A stretch of DNA of 64,000 bases from a virus (Duplodnaviria > Caudoviricetes): positions 1-64,000 of IMG/VR virus record IMGVR_UViG_3300028603_000002, one strand, 5' to 3'. Shown piece after piece: positions 9,828 through 18,129 of this stretch. Each line of letters starts with the position of its first letter. Within the stretch, counting starts at the first letter, position 1. A model generated the notes under the pieces. That model saw nothing but the letters and a program-made list of their open reading frames with translations, was not told the DNA's origin and ran no database searches. The translations under genes were made by a program, and so were the position numbers.

Positions 9828-10379
9828 ATGAATATTATGAGACGAAGTAATAAAACAATACTAGAAACAATAAAACCATTAATGGAAAAGAAACTAAAAT
9901 ATTCTCTAAAGAATGTCAATGGTGGATTTTCCGATGGTGTAAGTATTGATCAGGGTACAGGAGTGGATGCTGATAAAATTTTTGTAAGCGTAAATATCTA
10001 TGGTGGTGGTAAAACTAAAAGACATTTCTACACTCCTCCCAAAGAAATACAGGATCTTCTAAATGCTAGACTTGCCGCATTACAAAATAATGACCCAGTC
10101 TCAGAAGAAATAGAACAAGAGATAAATAAATACTTTACTACTATTAAAAAAGCAGTAGGTATAAAAATAGCTAAACTATTACAAGACTTTGATACTAAAT
10201 CAAAAACAGTAATACATCAAACAGTAATATCAATAAACAATACATATAGTACAGAAACTACTATTGATGATATACCGGATGAACCACAACAAAACAAAGC
10301 ACCTGAAAGAACACAACATAAGTCTCCTACCCAACCTCTTGCGGTAGCGAATACAAAAAATAAACAAAATAATCAATAA
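9828..10379 (+). CDS. Hypothetical protein
   Basis: 183 aa with a low-complexity C-terminal tail. Confidence 0.5.
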   Translation: MNIMRRSNKTILETIKPLMEKKLKYSLKNVNGGFSDGVSIDQGTGVDADKIFVSVNIYGGGKTKRHFYTPPKEIQDLLNARLAALQNNDPVSEEIEQEINKYFTTIKKAVGIKIAKLLQDFDTKSKTVIHQTVISINNTYSTETTIDDIPDEPQQNKAPERTQHKSPTQPLAVANTKNKQNNQ

Positions 10380-10415
10380 TTTTTCTCGAAATTATACATT
10401 TTTTTATTTTTTGTA

Positions 10416-10426
10416 TATATTTATTA
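10416..10426 (+). promoter_or_regulatory. Putative late-promoter motif TATATTTATTA
   Basis: Exact copy upstream of the scaffold-capsid operon. Confidence 0.6.
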
Positions 10427-10515
10427 TTGAACGTGCTATTAAGTGCGTTTCAATTATCGGTTCAAATAACCGATCCAATCTACAATAACTTGCCATTGAA
10501 GTTAAAATAACTTCA
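10426..10515 (+). promoter_or_regulatory. Structured 5' leader of the scaffold/capsid operon (several hairpins)
   Basis: Stems at 10426-10454, ATCGGTT/AACCGAT 10456-10474, TAACTT/AAGTTA 10486-10504, and an alternative TGAAGTTA/TAACTTCA 10497-10515. Confidence 0.5.
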
Positions 10516-10536
10516 CAGAAATTTGGAAAATTAAGT

Positions 10537-11481
10537 ATGAAAAACAGTCTATTAAAAGACGCTATTGCTGATGCAAAGGATTTAAAACTATCTGCTATTG
10601 AATCAGCTAAAGCAACTTTAACAGAAGCATTTCAACCAGCCATTAGTAGAATCATTTCCTCTAAAATAGCGGAAGAAGATTATATAGATGACGAAAACGA
10701 AATGCCATCTGATGAAATGGGTGGAGAAATGGATGATTTAGAACTAGATGAGTATCTAAGAGAATTGGAAGGAGAAGAGGAAGAAGTAGATGACATTCCT
10801 ATTCAAGCACCTGCTCCTGCTCCTAGCGCTGAAGCACCACCTGCACCACCTGCAGAACCAACACCTGAAATGCCACCTGCACCACCAGCTCCGGAGGAAG
10901 AAGATCCTGAATTAGCAGAAATAATAAAGGAACTTGAAGAATCATTAGATGGAGAATTTGGTGACGAGGAATTGGATGAAGGAGAAGGTCTTGACGAAAC
11001 ACCACCTAAAAATCATCCTAATACGTTAGGTGAAGGTGATGGAATGGATGAGACACCTCCTAAGAACGATCCAAATACCGTTTCAGAGAATGAAGATGCA
11101 GATGACATGGAAACTGTTAAAGAAGAATTAGCTGAAGCAAAAAAAGCAATTAATCATTACAAGTCAGTATTGAATGAAGTTAAGCTATTGAATGCAAAAT
11201 TAATGTATGCAATGTCATTGAATAACAAATTTAGTCTTGACGAGCAACAGCAAGATCTTGTATTACGTGGATTTGATCGTGCAACAACAATACGTGAAAC
11301 TAAATTAGTTTATGCGTCATTGAGTGAAGCATTGAAGAATTCAAGTAAGAAAAAAGTTTTACAATCAAAACAACGTAGATCAGCAAAGAATATTACTGAA
11401 AGTAGAAACAGAAGTGTTAAACCGCAAACAGAACAATATTCATTTGTTCCACGTTGGAAGCAATTAGCAAATTTAAAATAA
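10537..11481 (+). CDS. Prohead core/scaffold protein
   Basis: Very acidic, Pro-rich linker, many (L/I)xE sites, C-terminal coiled coil (LNEVKLLNAKL); lies immediately upstream of the MCP. Confidence 0.75.
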   Translation: MKNSLLKDAIADAKDLKLSAIESAKATLTEAFQPAISRIISSKIAEEDYIDDENEMPSDEMGGEMDDLELDEYLRELEGEEEEVDDIPIQAPAPAPSAEAPPAPPAEPTPEMPPAPPAPEEEDPELAEIIKELEESLDGEFGDEELDEGEGLDETPPKNHPNTLGEGDGMDETPPKNDPNTVSENEDADDMETVKEELAEAKKAINHYKSVLNEVKLLNAKLMYAMSLNNKFSLDEQQQDLVLRGFDRATTIRETKLVYASLSEALKNSSKKKVLQSKQRRSAKNITESRNRSVKPQTEQYSFVPRWKQLANLK

Positions 11482-11502
11482 AAATTAGAGGATAAACTAA
11501 TA

Positions 11503-13173
11503 ATGATTAATGAAAGTATAATGAGTTTACTCCCTACAACTGAAGCAGCTGATCAAAGAAAGGCAGTAGCTAAGTTGATTGGAAAGTGGGATCGTACAGG
11601 TCTACTTGAGGGATGTAAAGATGATAATGAAAAGGGGCACGTAGCTGTTCTTCTTCAGAATCAGGCTCGCCAAATACTTCGTGAGGCAAACTCAACTGGT
11701 ACTTCAGCTAACTCGGAAGAGTGGGCAGGTATTGCTCTACCTCTTGTAAGAAGAATTTTCAAGGAAATTTCAGCTCAAGAGTACATGAGTGTACAATCAA
11801 TGAATATGCCTAATGGATTAATATTCTATCTGGATCATAAGTATGCAACTGGGCAGCCAGGATTCAATACTAATGCAGGTAGAACAAGCCAGAACGATAG
11901 TTTATATGGTGTAACTGATCCTGCAAAAGGAACCGGAGCACCTTATGGTTGGGCAACACCTACAGAAGGTCTTTATGGCCCTGGTAGATTTGGATACACA
12001 ATCAATGATTATAGCTCATCGGCTCTACAACCTGGTGCAACAGTAAGTGCAACCGCGTTTACTACAGCTTCAGTATCGGCCGCAGACTATAACTTTAATA
12101 GTGAATTTTCACAATCTATTGTAGTACCTGGTTCACGTTTACATAAGATTACAGTATCTGCATCAGCAATACCTAATTTTGATGAGCATGGTGTACGCGC
12201 ATTTACATTGAGTAACAGTACAAACACATTAGTATATGAACTATACAATGAGTTTACTAAGTACAACTCAAGTAATAAAACAGTACAATTCATCATATCA
12301 GGATCTGTTGTTTCTGGCTCAAATAGAATCAAGGTTAATTACCATAAGCAACCTACAGATATCACTAGAGGTGATTTTGAGGAAGGTAAGACACAAGCTG
12401 GTGGTGGATCAGAAGCATTGGATATTCCAGAAATTGATCTGCAACTAAGAAGTGAGCCGATTACAGCCAAAACAAGAAAGCTGAAGGCAAAATGGACACC
12501 TGAATTCAGTCAGGATTTAAATGCATATCACCACATTGATGCTGAAGCTGAACTAACAGCATTATTAAGTGAGTATATTTCACATGAAATAGATCATGAA
12601 TTGTTAGATATGTTGATCCATGGAGCACCATTTGTTGATTATTGGTCAACAAGAATTGGATGGCAATGGAATGGAGTAAACGGGTTTACAAAAACTGGTG
12701 AAAACGTTACACAATATACACAGCAAACTTGGTTCCAAACTTTGGGTACTAAATTGCAAAAACTGTCGAACAGAATTGCAGCTAGTACATTAAGAGGTGG
12801 TGCTAACTTTATGGTATGTGGACCTACAATTTCAACAGTGATTGAAAGTATACCTGGTTATGCTCCAGATACAGATGGTGATAAGACATCATATGCATTT
12901 GGTGTACAAAAGGTTGGTATGTTACATTCAAGGTTTAAGGTATTCAAGAATCCATATATGCGTGAGAACGTAATATTAATGGGTTACAAGGGTAACCAAT
13001 TCCTTGAAACAGGTGCGGTTTATTCACCGTATATACCACTTGTTATGACACCGTTGGTGTTAGACCAAGACAACTTTACACCAAGAAAAGGTGTGATGAC
13101 ACGGTATGCTAAGAAGATGGTACGCCCAGAATTCTACGCAAAACTGTATGTTGATGGTCTTAACTTGATATAA
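11503..13173 (+). CDS. Major capsid protein (T4 gp23-like)
   Basis: KW..TGLLEG, LPLVRR, VQSMNMPNGLIFYL, AKTRKLKAKWTPEFSQDL, DAEAELT, YSPYIPL, FTPRKGVMTRY. Confidence 0.96.
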   Translation: MINESIMSLLPTTEAADQRKAVAKLIGKWDRTGLLEGCKDDNEKGHVAVLLQNQARQILREANSTGTSANSEEWAGIALPLVRRIFKEISAQEYMSVQSMNMPNGLIFYLDHKYATGQPGFNTNAGRTSQNDSLYGVTDPAKGTGAPYGWATPTEGLYGPGRFGYTINDYSSSALQPGATVSATAFTTASVSAADYNFNSEFSQSIVVPGSRLHKITVSASAIPNFDEHGVRAFTLSNSTNTLVYELYNEFTKYNSSNKTVQFIISGSVVSGSNRIKVNYHKQPTDITRGDFEEGKTQAGGGSEALDIPEIDLQLRSEPITAKTRKLKAKWTPEFSQDLNAYHHIDAEAELTALLSEYISHEIDHELLDMLIHGAPFVDYWSTRIGWQWNGVNGFTKTGENVTQYTQQTWFQTLGTKLQKLSNRIAASTLRGGANFMVCGPTISTVIESIPGYAPDTDGDKTSYAFGVQKVGMLHSRFKVFKNPYMRENVILMGYKGNQFLETGAVYSPYIPLVMTPLVLDQDNFTPRKGVMTRYAKKMVRPEFYAKLYVDGLNLI

Positions 13174-13205
13174 TAGCTAGTAATAGTGTAATTATATTTG
13201 GAAGT

Positions 13206-13236
13206 AAGGGGGATGGTGAAAACCATCCCTTTTTTT
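13206..13236 (+). terminator. Rho-independent terminator after the MCP
   Basis: GGGATGGT-GAAA-ACCATCCC stem (13210-13229) followed by T7. Confidence 0.9.
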
Positions 13237-13249
13237 ATCTTTAATAACA

Positions 13250-13259
13250 ATATTTATTA
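13250..13259 (+). promoter_or_regulatory. Putative late-promoter motif ATATTTATTA
   Basis: Lies just downstream of the MCP terminator and upstream of the accessory cassette. Confidence 0.5.
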
Positions 13260-13423
13260 GTAGGTATATTCTTGTAATAGTATATTCTCGTTTATACAGA
13301 GTTTAACGAGGCTGGCGATATAAGATACGTGAAATAAATTATCTCTTAGCACAGGCAAAGTAAATGGGTGTAACAACGATAATTCAAGCATATAATTCAT
13401 TAATCAATTAAAGGGTAAACAAA

Positions 13424-14200
13424 ATGCCATCAAAAACAGATAAACAACAAAACTTCTTTAGAATGGTTAAGGGAGTAAAGAGTGGAGATGTTCCTGAGAA
13501 GGATGTTTCTGATAGAATTAAGAAAGTAGCAAAATCTTTAGATGATAAAGATATAGATGATTTTATAGAAGAGAATGCTATCAATGATAATACATGGAAA
13601 CTATTTGCCCCGATAGAAAAATATTTTAGTCGAAAGGCGACTGATTGGCGCGATGTAAATGAAATACCAAAACATGCAATAAATCAACAATTGAATTTAT
13701 GGATAGTTCGACAATTTAAAGATGATAAAGTTTTAGATTTGCCCCGCGTTCCAACCGCATATTTTCCTGGTTCAAATTCTGAAACTAGAAATGTACCAAA
13801 TTATTTTGTAGGAAAGTATAACGATTCTTTTTATTTAGTTGATACTGAAGGATACGAATATTCAAGATATGCAGCTAAACTCCCCGATGGTCTTTATAAC
13901 AAATATTCAGGATTTTTTGAAAGTAAAAAATATAGAATAAAATTAACAGAAATTTATTCATTAATTAAAGAATCAGCTTACAGCGATAGGTTGAATAAAT
14001 TCATTAATAAACAATGGGAAACACCAACAGAAATTGAAATTGTAAAATCAATAGAAAGGGGCCTAGAAGGTTTCAAAGAAATGTCTGATGATGATATCCG
14101 AGTATATATGCAAACTGTACTTGATAAAATACCAGCAGAGGATAAAGAAATGAGAATATCAATTAAGTTCTTAGAGGATCTGGAAAAATTAGTTAAATAA
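13424..14200 (+). CDS. Hypothetical multi-segment protein (N-terminal MPSKTDKQQNFFRMV domain)
   Basis: 258 aa; internal leader-like motif IKLTEIYSLIKE. Confidence 0.55.
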   Translation: MPSKTDKQQNFFRMVKGVKSGDVPEKDVSDRIKKVAKSLDDKDIDDFIEENAINDNTWKLFAPIEKYFSRKATDWRDVNEIPKHAINQQLNLWIVRQFKDDKVLDLPRVPTAYFPGSNSETRNVPNYFVGKYNDSFYLVDTEGYEYSRYAAKLPDGLYNKYSGFFESKKYRIKLTEIYSLIKESAYSDRLNKFINKQWETPTEIEIVKSIERGLEGFKEMSDDDIRVYMQTVLDKIPAEDKEMRISIKFLEDLEKLVK

Positions 14201-14216
14201 CCAAAATAGAGAATAT

Positions 14217-14864
14217 ATGAGCGGCGAACCTTCACGACGTAGACCAATAAAATTCGCAATACAATTAAATAAAGAACAAAAGGAAGCAAAGGAGAAGATA
14301 TTACATAAACCATATACATTTTTATTAGGACAAGCTGGGAGTGGTAAAACTCTTCTTGGTGTCCAAGTTGGTTTGGATCTATTATTCAATAAAGAAAAAC
14401 AAAGAATAATAATAACTAGACCAACAGTAACTACAGAAGATAATGGATTCTTACCTGGATCATTAAGGGAGAAGATGGAGCCATGGTTAGTACCTATACG
14501 TGATAATATGATGAAAGCATATAACCAGAAAGGAAAGTTAGAAAAATGTGAAGCTGAAGAATCAATAAAACTAATATCATTATCACATTTTAGAGGAATG
14601 ACATTTGATGATGCTGTTGTTATTATAGATGAATTCCAAAATTTAACTGTAGAGCAATTAGTAATGGCAGTTAGTAGATTAGGAAAGAATTCAATTATGA
14701 TTTTTTGTGGAGATCAATATCAAATTGATTTAAAAAATAAAGATATATCGGCTACAAGACATATTGATAAATTAGAAGGTAGCGAATGGGTGAATATTAT
14801 TGAATTAAAAGAAAATCATAGACATCCTGCAGTAAAGGATGTATTAAAATTGTTAAATAGATGA
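14217..14864 (+). CDS. phoH: PhoH-family ATPase
   Basis: GQAGSGKT, ITRP, GFLPGSLREKMEPW, FRGMTF, IIDEFQN, CGDQYQID, HRHP. Confidence 0.95.
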   Translation: MSGEPSRRRPIKFAIQLNKEQKEAKEKILHKPYTFLLGQAGSGKTLLGVQVGLDLLFNKEKQRIIITRPTVTTEDNGFLPGSLREKMEPWLVPIRDNMMKAYNQKGKLEKCEAEESIKLISLSHFRGMTFDDAVVIIDEFQNLTVEQLVMAVSRLGKNSIMIFCGDQYQIDLKNKDISATRHIDKLEGSEWVNIIELKENHRHPAVKDVLKLLNR

Positions 14865-15316
14865 AGTTACGTGATTTATTGAATGAGGCAAAACCTAAAT
14901 ACTATGGTAAAATAGGTGCTGGAGTATTGGCAGTAGCAAAAGATACTGGAAGGTTTTTAATTGGTTTAAGAGGTAAAGATGCCGACTACCCAAATACTTG
15001 GTGTGGATTAGGAGGAAAAGCTGAAGAGAATGAAAATTTAAAACAAACAGCTGAAAGGGAGTTTAAAGAAGAAAGTGGATATAATGGAAATATAGATCTC
15101 TACCCAGCATATACATTTAAGGATACTGGATTCAGATTTCAAAATTATATAGGACAAGTAGATAGCGAATTTAAACCAATAGGTGATAAAGAGAATAGAG
15201 AATTTAAATGGGTATCATTTAAAGATTTAATAAGAATAAAGCCCAAGCATTTTGGATTGGACATAATGTTAAAGGATCCAAAAACTATTAATGTAATTAA
15301 AAAGTGTATATCATGA
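14861..15316 (+). CDS. NUDIX hydrolase with N-terminal leader
   Basis: Nudix box GGKAEENENLKQTAEREFKEESG; starts MKLRDLLNE. Confidence 0.9.
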   Translation: MKLRDLLNEAKPKYYGKIGAGVLAVAKDTGRFLIGLRGKDADYPNTWCGLGGKAEENENLKQTAEREFKEESGYNGNIDLYPAYTFKDTGFRFQNYIGQVDSEFKPIGDKENREFKWVSFKDLIRIKPKHFGLDIMLKDPKTINVIKKCIS

Positions 15317-15615
15317 AATCTAGTTTAATAATACTAATTATTTTGATTCTATTAACCTTAAGCGGTTGGGGAATGTGGTTATATACTTACAAGAAAGGAA
15401 TAGCCTTAGAACAAAGATTAATTGATGAAGATAAGAAATTAATTGGTGAGTTAGATAAGGATGTTCATAATGGATTAATTGAAAAAGAAATCATTTTAAA
15501 AAATCTAGAAGAGTCAAAGAAGAGATTGGAAGAAATAATTAAAAAGATGGAGAATCAACCAACTGACTCATTGAATATTGATGATGCATTGGATATCATA
15601 AAAGGATTGAAGTAA
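15313..15615 (+). CDS. Membrane-anchored coiled-coil protein (possibly spanin-like)
   Basis: N-terminal hydrophobic helix LIILIILILLTLSGWGMWLY followed by heptad repeats; ATG 15313 overlaps the NUDIX stop. Confidence 0.5.
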   Translation: MKSSLIILIILILLTLSGWGMWLYTYKKGIALEQRLIDEDKKLIGELDKDVHNGLIEKEIILKNLEESKKRLEEIIKKMENQPTDSLNIDDALDIIKGLK

Positions 15616-15695
15616 TGTCAGCAGGTAAACATACATTTGTACTCAATCAAGGATCTACATTCGATGTAAGATTAGATAAACAGGCAACTGAATGA
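15615..15695 (+). pseudogene. Possible truncated remnant of a virion structural gene (MSAGKHTFVLNQGSTFDVRLDKQATE)
   Basis: 26-aa ORF coupled on both sides (TAATG, ATGA). It resembles the MxAGxxxFxIxQGxTF N-terminus of phage Ig-like structural proteins (recalled, not searched). Confidence 0.35.
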
Positions 15696-16057
15696 TAAAA
15701 TTGCGGGATATAAATAAATTAATTTTTGAAAATAGACCTGGAGGTGGAGATTGCTATCAAGCGAATGGAAGGGAATTTTTAAACAATTCATCAAAGTATG
15801 ATTTTATTGTGCATGGTGAAGTAGCAGGACAAGGTGCATTAAGTGACATAACATTTGGGCATGCATGGTTACTAAAGGGCAATACAGTGTATGATTTTTC
15901 AAATGGAAGAGAGATTAAAGTACCGAAACAACTGTATTACGCATTAGGAAACATAGATAAGATTAATAATATGTTCAAATACACTTTTAAAGAGTTTCAG
16001 GAAAAACTACTTGAATTTGAACATTGGGGTCCATGGGACCTTAAAACAACATATTGA
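15692..16057 (+). CDS. Transglutaminase/papain-like Cys-His-Asp protein with N-terminal leader
   Basis: GGDCYQAN, GHAWL, VYDFS; starts MIKLRDINKLIFE. Confidence 0.6.
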   Translation: MIKLRDINKLIFENRPGGGDCYQANGREFLNNSSKYDFIVHGEVAGQGALSDITFGHAWLLKGNTVYDFSNGREIKVPKQLYYALGNIDKINNMFKYTFKEFQEKLLEFEHWGPWDLKTTY

Positions 16058-16179
16058 TGTCAGATACTAAATTATTCATATATGCGGATGAGGTGATGCT
16101 CGAAAGGAAAGTAAGGGATTATACCTACCTGTTAATCTTTGAGGATAGGACAGAAAGTGAAGTTAGGAGCAGTACATGA
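16057..16179 (+). CDS. Small hypothetical ORF (40 aa)
   Basis: TGATG and ATGA overlaps with both neighbours. Confidence 0.35.
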   Translation: MSDTKLFIYADEVMLERKVRDYTYLLIFEDRTESEVRSST

Positions 16180-16946
16180 CAATCAAAGATATAAAAAATT
16201 TAATAGTAGAAGATAATAAGTATAAATTTGATTCATTCAAGATGAAGAATACCCTGGCTCCTGGAGTATGGGAAGAAAACAAAACACTTAACCCAGAAAT
16301 AAGAAAGAAGCTATTAAAAATAGCTATCAGCTTCTATGAATCATTAAAGATTCCAAATGTAAAGATAAAAGATATAATCATTACTGGAAGTTTAGCAAAT
16401 TACAATTGGTCTAAATATAGTGATATAGATCTACATATACTAATTGATTTCAATGAAGTAGATGAGAACTATGATTTAGTAAAACAGCTTATGGATGCTA
16501 AAAGAGCATTGTGGAATAATAATCATGAAATAAAAATAAAAGATTTTGAAGTAGAAATATACATGCAAGATATTAATGAACCACATAAAGCAACAGGACA
16601 GTACTCAGTATTAAAAGATCAGTGGAAGGTAGAACCAAATAAACAATCATTTAGTATAGATTTTAAGTTAGTTAGACAGAAAGCAGATGAGTTTATGAAG
16701 ATAATTGATTATGTTGAAGAAGTGGAGGATGAAAGAGATTATAATAAAGCATTGAAGATAATTGATTGTATAAAGAAAAAGATAAAACATCTTAGGAAGA
16801 GTGGATTAGAGAGAGGTGGAGAATTTAGTTACGAAAATATAGCTTTTAAAGTATTGAGAAGAAATGGATATTTGGAAAAACTATTTAATCTTCAAAGAAG
16901 GGCATATGATGAAATGATGTCGGAGAATATGAGAGGATTTATATGA
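16176..16946 (+). CDS. Pol-beta superfamily nucleotidyltransferase with N-terminal leader
   Basis: ITGSLANYNWSKYSDIDLHILID (hGS..DxD) and EVEIYMQD; starts MTIKDIKNLIVE. Confidence 0.85.
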   Translation: MTIKDIKNLIVEDNKYKFDSFKMKNTLAPGVWEENKTLNPEIRKKLLKIAISFYESLKIPNVKIKDIIITGSLANYNWSKYSDIDLHILIDFNEVDENYDLVKQLMDAKRALWNNNHEIKIKDFEVEIYMQDINEPHKATGQYSVLKDQWKVEPNKQSFSIDFKLVRQKADEFMKIIDYVEEVEDERDYNKALKIIDCIKKKIKHLRKSGLERGGEFSYENIAFKVLRRNGYLEKLFNLQRRAYDEMMSENMRGFI

Positions 16947-17488
16947 TTTCTATGAAAAAGATACTTTCTGAAATAGGAAATTCCTTTAATTTTAAATTAA
17001 GTGCTTTAGAAAAAATACGCAGAATTACTTTAAGCTCTTCTAGCAAGATTGATTTTAACGCGACTGAGAAGAAGTGGTTGCAACAAACGGTATTAGATAC
17101 GACATATGAGTTATATCGTGGCTTAGGATTAATATATCAACGTTTAACGAGTGAAGAAATAGAATTTGTAAAGACTTTAAAGGAAGGAGATAAACTTCCG
17201 AAGTTTTTATTAAAGAATATTCATAATAACAAGATTTTATCATATACGAAAAAATTTAATGTTGCTAAAGGATATAGTGAAGGGAAAGTATCAATAGTTT
17301 ATAAAGTCAATGTTGATAGAAATAATGTAGTTGTAGATTTAGAAAATTTGAATGTATTGCTTCAAAAAGAAAATATAGATCAAAATATAATAGATAGTGA
17401 AGATTTTAAATATTTCAGAAGGGATAAAGAAGTGTTGGTAGATGTGAGTTTAGAAAAAGATGCTACTATTGTATATTTGAGAAAGTAA
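16943..17488 (+). CDS. Putative R-S-E clade ADP-ribosyltransferase with N-terminal leader
   Basis: LYRG, ILSYTKKFNVAKGYS and DKEVLV in the expected order; starts MISMKKILSE. Confidence 0.6.
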   Translation: MISMKKILSEIGNSFNFKLSALEKIRRITLSSSSKIDFNATEKKWLQQTVLDTTYELYRGLGLIYQRLTSEEIEFVKTLKEGDKLPKFLLKNIHNNKILSYTKKFNVAKGYSEGKVSIVYKVNVDRNNVVVDLENLNVLLQKENIDQNIIDSEDFKYFRRDKEVLVDVSLEKDATIVYLRK

Positions 17489-17502
17489 ATAGTTTAGGAA
17501 AA

Positions 17503-17622
17503 ATGAGCACATTAATTGTTCCAAACAAGGAACGATCAGAAGTAATAATAATTTATGAGAAAGGGCCTGAAGAAATAATAAGAATATTTGATAAATTCAA
17601 ATCGAGTTATGGATTTATATAA
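17503..17622 (+). CDS. Small hypothetical ORF (39 aa)
   Basis: AGGA upstream of ATG; fills the intergenic gap. Confidence 0.3.
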   Translation: MSTLIVPNKERSEVIIIYEKGPEEIIRIFDKFKSSYGFI

Positions 17623-17690
17623 TACTTAAATTGAAAGTTAATCTATATTTATAAAAAATTATTAATTAACAAAATAAAAGTTTTAATAAT

Positions 17691-18071
17691 ATGGGATATG
17701 TTAAAGATTATCATTACGGAAAAGAAATTTACAAAGACGCGTACTTCAAAGTTGTAAAAATTATAACAAGTTATTTAGATTATGAAGAATTTGAAAATGT
17801 AAATGATCCTGAAAATCCGGATATTGCACAAAGATTAACTTACAAAAAGAGATATCAAAATCACGCAATAGTTTATATCTGGGAAAATGAAGATTGTAGG
17901 TTGCAAAGAGTTCTTCCAATCAACCACTTCAAAATGCCGTTTACTTTTGATCCTGAAAGTGATAAAAACATATATCAACAAGCATATGTAGCAGTAGAAG
18001 TTGCGGTAGATAATTGGAATAAAAAAATACAAGAACTTAAGGACAAAGAAAAAGAAAAAGAATCTGCTTAA
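17691..18071 (+). CDS. Hypothetical protein
   Basis: 126 aa; preceded by TATATTTATA at 17644-17653. Confidence 0.55.
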   Translation: MGYVKDYHYGKEIYKDAYFKVVKIITSYLDYEEFENVNDPENPDIAQRLTYKKRYQNHAIVYIWENEDCRLQRVLPINHFKMPFTFDPESDKNIYQQAYVAVEVAVDNWNKKIQELKDKEKEKESA

Positions 18072-18100
18072 CAACATGACCAGGTTACAGTACCTTTTGT

Positions 18101-18111
18101 TATATTTATTA
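18101..18111 (+). promoter_or_regulatory. Putative late-promoter motif TATATTTATTA
   Basis: Exact copy upstream of the neck genes. Confidence 0.6.
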
Positions 18112-18129
18112 TTAAAGAGGTTGTTATAG

